This document shows, piece by piece, positions 15,969 through 24,464 of a stretch of DNA of 64,000 nucleotides. Both the position numbers and the translations under genes were made by a program. The notes beneath the pieces were generated by a model. That model saw only the letters and a list, made by a program, of their open reading frames with translations. It was not told the DNA's origin and did no database searches. Numbering within the stretch: the stretch's first letter is position 1; the number at the start of each line of letters is the position of its first letter. The stretch lies in assembly GCA_024697065.1 (NCBI GenBank), contig JAILGE010000007.1, positions 52,658 through 116,657 of the forward strand, written 5' to 3'. The stretch is from Lachnospiraceae bacterium. Its GTDB lineage: Bacteria; Bacillota; Clostridia; Lachnospirales; Lachnospiraceae.

Positions 15969-18362
15969 ATGTTTAGCGTAATCAAGAGAGACGGATCGAA
16001 AGCAGATTTTATGTTAACTAAGATCGGGGATGCCATTCGCAAGGCATTTGAGGCTACCGAGATGGTTTACAACAACGATATCATCGATATGCTTTCGCTC
16101 AAAGTCACTGCGGATTTTCAGGATAAGGTAAAGGACGGGGATATCCATGTAGAGGAGATCCAGGACAGCGTGGAGAAGGTCCTTGAGACTTCCGGATATA
16201 CCGATGTGGCTAAGGCATTCATCTTATACCGCAAGCAGCATGAGAAGATGCGTGAGATGAAGTCTACCATACTTGATTACAAAGACGTTGTTAACAGCTA
16301 TGTGAAGGTTGAGGACTGGCGTGTTAAGGAGAACTCTACCGTAACATATTCCGTGGGTGGACTGATCCTTTCCAATTCGGGTGCCGTAACTGCCAATTAC
16401 TGGCTTTCCGAGATATATGACGAAGAGATCGCCAATGCACACAGAAATGCAGATATCCACATCCATGACCTTTCGATGCTTACCGGATACTGTGCAGGCT
16501 GGTCATTAAAACAGCTTATCCAGGAAGGACTGGGCGGTATCCCCGGAAAGATCACATCTGCACCGGCATCTCATCTTTCGGCTCTTTGCAATCAGATGGT
16601 CAATTTCCTTGGCATAATGCAGAATGAATGGGCCGGAGCACAGGCATTTTCATCATTTGATACTTATCTTGCACCTTTTGTAAAAGTTGATAACTTATCA
16701 TACCGTGAGGTAAAGAAGTGCATAGAGACATTTATCTTCGGTGTGAATACACCCAGCCGCTGGGGTACACAGGCTCCTTTCTCGAATATAACCCTTGACT
16801 GGACGGTGCCTGCTGATCTTGCCGAGCTTCCTGCCATCGTAGGCGGTAAGAATATGGACTTCTGCTACAAGGATTGTAAGAAGGAAATGGATATGGTCAA
16901 CAAGGCATTCCTTGAGACCATGATCGAGGGTGATGCGAACGGAAGAGGATTCCAGTATCCCATCCCCACATATTCAATAACAAGTAACTTTGACTGGTCG
17001 GATACGGAAAACAACCGTCTTCTCTTTGAGATGGCAGCAAAATACGGTACACCTTATTTCTCGAATTACATCAACTCCGATATGGAGCCCAGTGATGTAA
17101 GAAGTATGTGCTGCAGACTTCGCCTTGATCTCAGAGAGCTCAGAAAGAAATCCGGCGGATACTTCGGTTCCGGAGAAAGTACCGGATCTGTGGGCGTTGT
17201 AACCATCAATATGCCAAGGATCGCTTATCTTTCCACAAACAAGAGCGAGTTCTACAAGCGCCTTGACAGACTTATGGATATCGCTGCAAGAAGTCTCAAG
17301 ATCAAGAGAGGAGTAATAACCAAGCTTCTTAATGAGGGACTGTATCCTTACACCAAGAGATATCTCGGAACCTTTAATAATCATTTCTCCACCATCGGTC
17401 TTGTGGGAATGAATGAGGTTGGTCTTAATGCGAACTGGCTTCGCGCGGATATGACAGACAAGCGTACACAGGAATTCACCAAGGAAGTACTCAATCATAT
17501 GCGTGACAGACTCTCCGATTATCAGGAAGAGTACGGTGATCTCTACAACCTTGAGGCTACTCCCGCCGAGAGTACCGCTTACAGACTTGCAAAGCATGAT
17601 AAGGCAAAATGGCCTGCTATCAGGACTGCCGGAAGTGAGGGAGATACACCTTATTACACCAACAGCTCTCATCTTCCTGTTGGATATACGGCTGATATTT
17701 TTGATGCGCTTGATATTCAGGATGAGCTTCAGACACTTTATACTTCCGGAACGGTATTCCATGCATTCTTAGGCGAGAAGCTTCCTGACTGGAAGGCTGC
17801 TGCAACTCTTGTAAGAACAGTTGCGGAAAATTACAGATTGCCTTATTATACACTTTCACCTGTATATTCTATCTGTTCAGAGCACGGATATCTTAAGGGC
17901 GAGGTTAAAGAGTGCCCTCACTGCGGAAAGAGAACAGAGGTATACTCCAGGATCACGGGTTACTATCGTCCCGTTCAGAACTGGAATGACGGAAAGCTTC
18001 AGGAATATGCCGACCGCGTTAACTATGATATGACCAAGTCTTCATTAAAGCGTACGAAGTCGGCTGTGGTGACAATGAGTGATATTTTCGATGAGGGTTC
18101 GTCCGTTACGGTTGAAAAGCCCGAACAGATCAAGTATCTCTTTACCACAAAGACATGTCCCAATTGCAAGCTTGTAAAAGGGTATCTCAAGAATATCGAT
18201 TATATGCTGATCGATGCTGAGGAAAATATCGAACTTGCACAGAAATATAAAATAAGACAGGCGCCGACTCTTGTAGTCGTTGACGGCGATGATGTTAAAA
18301 AGTATGCAAATGCATCCAACATCAAGAAGTACGCCGAAGAGCATGCGCTTGCCGGAGTATGA
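15969..18362 (+). CDS. nrdD: Anaerobic (class III) ribonucleoside-triphosphate reductase with ATP cone and C-terminal glutaredoxin-like domain
   Basis: ATP cone (VIKRDG...KI..AI), SMCCRL, YNLEATPAES, Zn site CSEH..CPHC and glycyl loop YSRITGYYRPV. C-terminal TCPNC...APTLVV. Confidence 0.95.
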   Translation: MFSVIKRDGSKADFMLTKIGDAIRKAFEATEMVYNNDIIDMLSLKVTADFQDKVKDGDIHVEEIQDSVEKVLETSGYTDVAKAFILYRKQHEKMREMKSTILDYKDVVNSYVKVEDWRVKENSTVTYSVGGLILSNSGAVTANYWLSEIYDEEIANAHRNADIHIHDLSMLTGYCAGWSLKQLIQEGLGGIPGKITSAPASHLSALCNQMVNFLGIMQNEWAGAQAFSSFDTYLAPFVKVDNLSYREVKKCIETFIFGVNTPSRWGTQAPFSNITLDWTVPADLAELPAIVGGKNMDFCYKDCKKEMDMVNKAFLETMIEGDANGRGFQYPIPTYSITSNFDWSDTENNRLLFEMAAKYGTPYFSNYINSDMEPSDVRSMCCRLRLDLRELRKKSGGYFGSGESTGSVGVVTINMPRIAYLSTNKSEFYKRLDRLMDIAARSLKIKRGVITKLLNEGLYPYTKRYLGTFNNHFSTIGLVGMNEVGLNANWLRADMTDKRTQEFTKEVLNHMRDRLSDYQEEYGDLYNLEATPAESTAYRLAKHDKAKWPAIRTAGSEGDTPYYTNSSHLPVGYTADIFDALDIQDELQTLYTSGTVFHAFLGEKLPDWKAAATLVRTVAENYRLPYYTLSPVYSICSEHGYLKGEVKECPHCGKRTEVYSRITGYYRPVQNWNDGKLQEYADRVNYDMTKSSLKRTKSAVVTMSDIFDEGSSVTVEKPEQIKYLFTTKTCPNCKLVKGYLKNIDYMLIDAEENIELAQKYKIRQAPTLVVVDGDDVKKYANASNIKKYAEEHALAGV

Positions 18363-18373
18363 AAGGAAATACA

Positions 18374-19297
18374 ATGATTTCAAAGCTTATTGACAAGATC
18401 CAGAAGACCGCTCCCATAGTTGTGGGACTTGACCCTCAGCTTAAGTTCATCCCGAAGTATTTGCTGGATGCGGCTTATAAGGAAAAGGGAGAAAATCCCG
18501 AAGGTGTAGCAGAAGCTATATTTCAATTCAACAAGGGAATAGTTGATGCGACTGCAGATCTTATCCCTGCAGTAAAGCCTCAGATCGCTATGTATGAGAC
18601 TTTCGGCATACCCGGACTTATAGCTTTTGACCGTACCGTAAAATATTGCAAGGAAAAAGGTCTTGTTGTCATAGGCGACATCAAGAGAGGCGATATCGGA
18701 TCCACATCTGCAGCTTATGCCCAGGGACATCTCGGCCATGTAACTCTCGGCGGAAAAGAATTCAGAGGTTTCGAAGAGGATTTCGCAACTGTTAATCCTT
18801 ACCTCGGAAGTGATGGCGTTAAGCCCTTCATCGATGTCTGCAAGGAAGAGGACAAAGGTATATTTGTTCTGGTCAAGACTTCAAATCCTTCAAGCGGTGA
18901 ATTCCAGGACCGCGTTACGGACGGAAGAAAGATCTCCGAGTGGGTTGCTCAGAAGGTTGATGAATGGGGAAGCGACTGTATGGACGGAGAATACAGCAAT
19001 GTCGGCGCAGTAGTCGGTGCCACATATCCCGAAGAAGGCAAAGTGCTGCGCGATATCATGCCCAAAGCATTCATCCTTGTTCCCGGTTACGGTGCACAGG
19101 GAGGAAAGGGCGCAGATCTTGTGCACTTCTTTAACCATGACGGACTGGGAGCCATAGTTAACTCATCAAGAGGTATCATAGCTGCTTATACACAGGAAAA
19201 ATATTCAAGCTTCGGCGAAGCAAATTATGCAGATGCCGCAAGGGCTGCAGTGCTTGATATGAAAGAAGATATTCTTGGTGCATTAGGTACAAAATAA
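18374..19297 (+). CDS. pyrF: Orotidine-5'-phosphate decarboxylase
   Basis: VVGLDP, KPQIA, DIKRGDIGST, KTSNPSS and PGYGAQGG. Confidence 0.95.
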   Translation: MISKLIDKIQKTAPIVVGLDPQLKFIPKYLLDAAYKEKGENPEGVAEAIFQFNKGIVDATADLIPAVKPQIAMYETFGIPGLIAFDRTVKYCKEKGLVVIGDIKRGDIGSTSAAYAQGHLGHVTLGGKEFRGFEEDFATVNPYLGSDGVKPFIDVCKEEDKGIFVLVKTSNPSSGEFQDRVTDGRKISEWVAQKVDEWGSDCMDGEYSNVGAVVGATYPEEGKVLRDIMPKAFILVPGYGAQGGKGADLVHFFNHDGLGAIVNSSRGIIAAYTQEKYSSFGEANYADAARAAVLDMKEDILGALGTK

Positions 19298-19352
19298 GTT
19301 GACAAAATAATGAAAATGCATTACTTTTATTTCCGTAATGCAGACAGCGAAG

Positions 19353-19386
19353 GGGCTGTGCATGCTCGCATGCGCAGCCCTTTTGT
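19353..19386 (+). terminator. GC-rich terminator/attenuator between pyrF and the amino-acid ABC operon
   Basis: 12-bp stem GGGCTGTGCATG/CATGCGCAGCCC followed by TTTTGT. Confidence 0.7.
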
Positions 19387-19431
19387 GTCGGAGGAAAAAT
19401 GATGCGTCACGGGACGCAAAAGGAGAGAACT

Positions 19432-20343
19432 ATGAAAAAGAGAATGATGGGACTTGCAGCAGCTGCGATCTTTTCGGTATCCGCACTTGCAGGCTGCACA
19501 ACAACAGAAGACAGAAACGCTGCAGTACAGCCGGAGACTCCCGAAACAACAGAATCTTCGGATGAAGCTACAACTGCCGCATCAGAAGAAACAGTTGCAT
19601 CAGAGGCTGCAACCGAAGCTGCAGAGACAGCAGAGTATACTCTTTTGGCTGACGGAGTGCTTTCGGTAGGTTGTGAAGTAGGTTATCCTCCTTTCGAGAA
19701 ATTCGCTGAAGACGGTACAACTCCCGTTGGTTTTGATATCGATATAATCAGCGAAGTTGCTGACAGACTCGGCCTTGAGCTTAATATCATCAATACATCT
19801 TTTGACGGTATCTTCGCAGGTATCGGTACAAATTATGATATCGTATGCTCAGCATGCACCATCACTCCCGAGCGTCAGGAGACAATGCTTTTCTCCGCTC
19901 CTTATATCAATAACTATCAGGCAGTGGTTCTTCCCGCTGACAGTGATGAGACCATCGCTTCTTTCAACGATCTTGACGGCAAGGTTGTAGCACTTCAGAA
20001 GGGAACAACTTCAGATGAGCTTATCGGTGACTACGAGTCTACAGGTACTATCTCTGTTAAGATCGTAGCAAGTGAAAAAGTAACAAGCTGCTTTACACAG
20101 CTTACAAACGGCGAGGTTGATGCTGTTGTTGCCGATTCAACCGTAGCTGACGGATTTGTTGCTTCTTACCCTGATAAGTACAGGATCGCATATCTTGATG
20201 AAGCTGAACCCGAGTCATTCGGTATCGCCATCGGCAAAGATAACGAGGGACTTCAGACAGCTATCAATGAGGTGCTTGCAGAGATGGAAGCTGACGGAAC
20301 AGTAGATGAGATATATGAATACTGGTTTGGTTCAGCTGAATGA
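19432..20343 (+). CDS. Polar amino-acid ABC transporter substrate-binding lipoprotein
   Basis: Lipobox LAG-C, GYPPFE, GFDIDI and ITPERQETMLFSAPY. RBS AAGGAG. Confidence 0.92.
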   Translation: MKKRMMGLAAAAIFSVSALAGCTTTEDRNAAVQPETPETTESSDEATTAASEETVASEAATEAAETAEYTLLADGVLSVGCEVGYPPFEKFAEDGTTPVGFDIDIISEVADRLGLELNIINTSFDGIFAGIGTNYDIVCSACTITPERQETMLFSAPYINNYQAVVLPADSDETIASFNDLDGKVVALQKGTTSDELIGDYESTGTISVKIVASEKVTSCFTQLTNGEVDAVVADSTVADGFVASYPDKYRIAYLDEAEPESFGIAIGKDNEGLQTAINEVLAEMEADGTVDEIYEYWFGSAE

Positions 20344-20373
20344 TTAACTATCGGAATCCGACGGTGTTGAGAG

Positions 20374-21480
20374 ATGAGTTCTGAACTTAAGAAAGAAAAC
20401 GAAAAAAAATTAAGTAAGAGAGCCGGGGTCAGTTTACTGATCCTGGTTCTTGTTATTATAGCTATCGCCATTTTGGGAATGTTTAAGCCTGATCAGGCTA
20501 CCATGATCTCTCAGGCAACACCCGAGATGCAGGCTCTGATCGCCAAAGATAATGAGGCAGTCGGCGAAGCGACCGGAGAAGTGCAGGCTGAGCCGGAAAA
20601 CGGCGAGGAATCCGGCAGCAAAAGACCCAAGAGAAAATATGTGACTATCACATATAATGATCTGATCTTTATCAATTACTGCTCTTTTTCTTCATCGGGT
20701 GCAAATGAGCGCATAGAAAGATATGTGGGATTTGCAGGCAAGGTTTTCATAGCCGATGAAGGCGCTGCAAGGATAGTTGGCCAGATGGTCAACTACACAT
20801 ACAGGATACTCGGCTGCGGTGAGAGTCTCATACACGGCGCTAAGCTTACCATAGTGCTTACCATACTTACGGTAATAGTCGGCGTTCTTCTCGGAACGGT
20901 ACTGGCACTTGGAAAGATCTCCAAGAGAAAGTGGCTCTCAAAACTCTGCTCCGGCTATATTTTCTTCTTTAGAGGAACTCCTCTTTTGATGCAGCTTTTG
21001 GTAATTTACTTTACGGTACCCGGAATACTCGGATTTACATGGAGAGGTCTGTTTAGCGGACTCGAAGCGGTTAACCGGGGAGCTTTTGCAGCGGCGTTCA
21101 TTGCATTCTCGCTCAATTCCGGAGCTTATTGTGCCGAGATCGTCAGAGCGGCTATTCAGTCCATAGATAAGGGACAGAATGAAGCTGCCAGGGCTCTGGG
21201 CATGAATTACCGTCAGACCATGACAAAGATAATCATTCCTCAGGCAGTAAGGAGAATGATCCCGCCTGTATGTAATGAGTTCATAATGATCTTAAAGGAT
21301 GTTTCCATCGTATTTGCTATCGGTCTGGCGGATATCACGCAGATCTCCAACAGCATTGTCGCTGCCAATGCCGGTGACTATCTGGTATTTGTTCCGGCGG
21401 TTATCATCTATCTGATCATAACGGCCGTATTCAGCAAACTGTTTGAAAATATTGAAAAGAAATATTCCGTTTATGAATAA
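20374..21480 (+). CDS. Amino-acid ABC transporter permease with N-terminal extension
   Basis: FRGTPLLMQL and SGAYCAEIVRAAIQSIDKGQNEAARALGM. Confidence 0.92.
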   Translation: MSSELKKENEKKLSKRAGVSLLILVLVIIAIAILGMFKPDQATMISQATPEMQALIAKDNEAVGEATGEVQAEPENGEESGSKRPKRKYVTITYNDLIFINYCSFSSSGANERIERYVGFAGKVFIADEGAARIVGQMVNYTYRILGCGESLIHGAKLTIVLTILTVIVGVLLGTVLALGKISKRKWLSKLCSGYIFFFRGTPLLMQLLVIYFTVPGILGFTWRGLFSGLEAVNRGAFAAAFIAFSLNSGAYCAEIVRAAIQSIDKGQNEAARALGMNYRQTMTKIIIPQAVRRMIPPVCNEFIMILKDVSIVFAIGLADITQISNSIVAANAGDYLVFVPAVIIYLIITAVFSKLFENIEKKYSVYE

Positions 21481-21506
21481 GAAATTCAGCCGATCGGGGA
21501 TAATCA

Positions 21507-22283
21507 ATGGAGAATTACGAATACATACTTGAAACAGAACATGTTCAGAAGAACTTCGGTGAGCTTGAAGTTTTAAAAGATATCAGTCTCAAGGTAAAAA
21601 AGGGCGAAGTTATCTGCATAATAGGACCCTCAGGTGCGGGAAAATCCACTTTTTTGAGATCTCTTAACCAGCTTGAGAAGATAACCGGAGGAAAGATATT
21701 TATCAAAGGCGATATGTTCCTTCACAGAGAAAATGATAAAACGGTAGAGAAGCTGGACCGTAAAAAGAGACAGGAACTGCTGCTTGAAATGGGAATGTGT
21801 TTCCAGCGTTTTAATCTTTTCCCCCATAAAACCGTTCTTCAAAATGTGATGCTTGCACCGGTCGAAGTTAAAAAGGCCGATAAAGACACAGTAAAAAAAG
21901 AGGCCATGGAGCTGTTGGCCAAAGTCGGTCTTGAGGAGAAGGCGGATGAATATCCCAACCGTCTCTCGGGTGGACAGCAGCAGAGAGTTGCCATAGCAAG
22001 AGCGTTGGCCATGAAGCCTGAGATAATGCTTTTTGACGAACCTACTTCGGCGCTTGATCCCGAACTGGTAGGAGACGTTTTGAATGTTATGAAGGAACTT
22101 GCATCCGAAGGGATGACGATGCTCTGCGTAACTCATGAGATGGGTTTTGCAAGAGAAGTGGCAGACAGGGTTCTGTTCATGGCAGATGGTATTGTTATGG
22201 AGGAAGGGACTCCGGAAGAGATCTTCGAACACCCGAAGAAGGAAAGGACAATAAGCTTTCTTAAGTCGGTTTTAAAACAATAA
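21507..22283 (+). CDS. Amino-acid ABC transporter ATP-binding protein (GlnQ family)
   Basis: [24 protein letters not shown] and [11 protein letters not shown]. Confidence 0.95.
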   Translation: MENYEYILETEHVQKNFGELEVLKDISLKVKKGEVICIIGPSGAGKSTFLRSLNQLEKITGGKIFIKGDMFLHRENDKTVEKLDRKKRQELLLEMGMCFQRFNLFPHKTVLQNVMLAPVEVKKADKDTVKKEAMELLAKVGLEEKADEYPNRLSGGQQQRVAIARALAMKPEIMLFDEPTSALDPELVGDVLNVMKELASEGMTMLCVTHEMGFAREVADRVLFMADGIVMEEGTPEEIFEHPKKERTISFLKSVLKQ

Positions 22284-23239
22284 TGCATGCGATATTACTT
22301 TTTATAACAGCAATCATTTGGGGACTTGCATTCGTGGCTCAAAGCAGTGGAGGAGACACGGCAGGTCCTTTTACATTTAATTGCATAAGAAGCCTTCTGG
22401 GAAGTGCAGTGCTTGTGCCTGTATTTTTGATCTTCGACAGGGGAAAAGATAAAGAAAGATACGACAGGAAAACTCTTGTAAAAGCGGGAGTTATCTGCGG
22501 AGTATTGATGTTTTTTGCCAGCAATACTCAACAGCTTGGAATAAATCTGGGATGCGATGCGGGTAAAGCCGGATTTATAACTGCAACTTACATTCTTATG
22601 GTCCCTGTTTTCGGACTGTTTCTCAAAAAGAAATGCGGATGGAATGTATGGTTGGCTGTTTTTCTGGCACTTGTGGGGCTGTATATGCTCTGTCTGAAAA
22701 CGGGAACGGGAGGCATCGGGATTGATGATGCCTTGGTGCTCTTGTGTGCGGTATGTTTTACTGTTCATATACTTACAGTGGATCATTTTTCGCCGAAGGT
22801 AAACGGCGTTAAATTATCCTGTATACAGTTTCTTGTTTCGGGAACACTGGGTATAATCCCTTCATTCTTTCTTGAGGTGGGTACGGACAGCGTCAGCCAA
22901 AGAGTATGGTTATCACATCTCATGACCGCCGATGCATGGATCCCCATCCTGTATGCCGGGATAATGAGCTGCGGTGTGGCTTATACATTTCAGATAATCG
23001 GGCAAAAGGGAACCGATCCTGCAGTGGCATCTTTGATCATGAGCCTTGAATCGGTATTTGCTGCTTTGGGGGGCGCGCTGATCCTGGGGGAGAGGATGAC
23101 AGCCGACGAGTTAATGGGATGCTGCTTCATGTTTGCGGCCATAATTCTGGCTCAGATCAAATTTAAAAGATCCCGAAAAGGAAATGACGGGGCGGGATCC
23201 GGACAGACCGCTAATCTTGAAAATGAAAGCCGTTTATGA
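22283..23239 (+). CDS. DMT/EamA family transporter
   Basis: About 10 TMs, with AIIWGLAFVAQ, KAGFITATYILMVP and SLESVFAALGG. Confidence 0.9.
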   Translation: MHAILLFITAIIWGLAFVAQSSGGDTAGPFTFNCIRSLLGSAVLVPVFLIFDRGKDKERYDRKTLVKAGVICGVLMFFASNTQQLGINLGCDAGKAGFITATYILMVPVFGLFLKKKCGWNVWLAVFLALVGLYMLCLKTGTGGIGIDDALVLLCAVCFTVHILTVDHFSPKVNGVKLSCIQFLVSGTLGIIPSFFLEVGTDSVSQRVWLSHLMTADAWIPILYAGIMSCGVAYTFQIIGQKGTDPAVASLIMSLESVFAALGGALILGERMTADELMGCCFMFAAIILAQIKFKRSRKGNDGAGSGQTANLENESRL

Positions 23240-23290
23240 TAAAATTAGCACGCGAAATCGGAGCGTATATGTTTGACGCGGAGGGAAAAA

Positions 23291-23950
23291 ATGGAACAGT
23301 ATAAGAAAGAATTTATAGATTTCATGATAGAGAGCAAAGTCCTCAAATTCGGAGACTTTACCTTAAAGAGTGGTAGAAAATCTCCGTTTTTCATGAATGC
23401 GGGGGCTTATGTAACAGGTTCTCAGCTGAAGCGTCTCGGAGAATTTTATGCCAAAGCGATCCATGATAATTTCGGAACTGATTTTGATGTACTCTTCGGA
23501 CCGGCATACAAGGGAATACCTCTTTCGGTAGCAACTGCCATTGCTTTCAGTGAGCTTTACGGCAAGGAGGTACGCTACTGCTCCAACAGAAAGGAAGTCA
23601 AGGATCACGGTGATGTGGGTATCCTTTTGGGATCCAAGCTAAACGACGGAGACAGGGTCGTGATGATCGAGGATGTTACAACATCAGGTAAATCCATTGA
23701 GGAGACATATCCCATCATCAATGCACAGGCAAAGGTTGAGATCAGGGGACTTATTGTTTCGCTTAACAGAATGGAGAAGGGACTTGAGAGTGATAAGTCA
23801 GCTCTCCTTGAGATACAGGATAAGTACGGCTTTCCCACTGCTGCCATAGTAACCATGGCAGATGTAAGAGAGTATCTTGAGCCTACATTCGATGAAGATA
23901 TCAAGAAAGCTATCGCTGCATATTATGAACAGTATGGCGCAAAAGCCTGA
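23291..23950 (+). CDS. pyrE: Orotate phosphoribosyltransferase
   Basis: FTLKSGRKSPFF, FGPAYKGIP and PRPP motif VMIEDVTTSG. Confidence 0.95.
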   Translation: MEQYKKEFIDFMIESKVLKFGDFTLKSGRKSPFFMNAGAYVTGSQLKRLGEFYAKAIHDNFGTDFDVLFGPAYKGIPLSVATAIAFSELYGKEVRYCSNRKEVKDHGDVGILLGSKLNDGDRVVMIEDVTTSGKSIEETYPIINAQAKVEIRGLIVSLNRMEKGLESDKSALLEIQDKYGFPTAAIVTMADVREYLEPTFDEDIKKAIAAYYEQYGAKA

Positions 23951-23971
23951 TAAATAAAGAAGGGAAAAAAC

Positions 23972-24124
23972 ATGGAAGAGAAGATCTATAAGATAATGAA
24001 ACATACCGGAGGTCTTAATATCGCACTCGGTGTGGTCAGCGTTGTTGTAGGTGTTACCGTGGGCGTTTTCATGATCATTTCGGGAGCGCGTCTCCTTTCC
24101 GGTAAGAGCAAGATCATGTTCTGA
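23972..24124 (+). CDS. Small membrane protein, 50 aa (not in the ORF track)
   Basis: MEEKIYKIMKHTGGLNIALGVVSVVVGVTVGVFMIISGARLLSGKSKIMF, with RBS AAGGGA. It fills the pyrE gap, and its stop is 1 bp before the next start. Confidence 0.75.
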   Translation: MEEKIYKIMKHTGGLNIALGVVSVVVGVTVGVFMIISGARLLSGKSKIMF

Positions 24125-24125
24125 A

Positions 24126-24449
24126 ATGGGACTTTTAGGTCATTACAAATTTACAAATAAGAAACATCCTCTTACGGGGATAATGTCCACGATACTCGGC
24201 TCCATAGCGGTGATCACGTTAGGGCTTGCAGTATATCTCGGATTTCTTGCAAGAGGCGAGGTGGCACCGCAGTATGCATTGGCGGTATTCCTCGGACTGA
24301 TCATGGCTGTGGTCGGTCTTGTACTGGGGATTTACTCAAGGCTGAAGCGGGATCTCTATTATTTTTTCCCGAATCTCGGGATATTATTAAACGGGGGTAC
24401 CATATTCACAGTGTGGGTAATGTTCACAGAGAGTTTTATTGCAGGATGA
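24126..24449 (+). CDS. Hypothetical membrane protein (DUF6142-like)
   Basis: 107 aa with 3 TMs and the YKFTNKKHP motif. Family recalled from memory, not searched. Confidence 0.7.
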   Translation: MGLLGHYKFTNKKHPLTGIMSTILGSIAVITLGLAVYLGFLARGEVAPQYALAVFLGLIMAVVGLVLGIYSRLKRDLYYFFPNLGILLNGGTIFTVWVMFTESFIAG

Positions 24450-24464
24450 TATTAAAACTGATTT

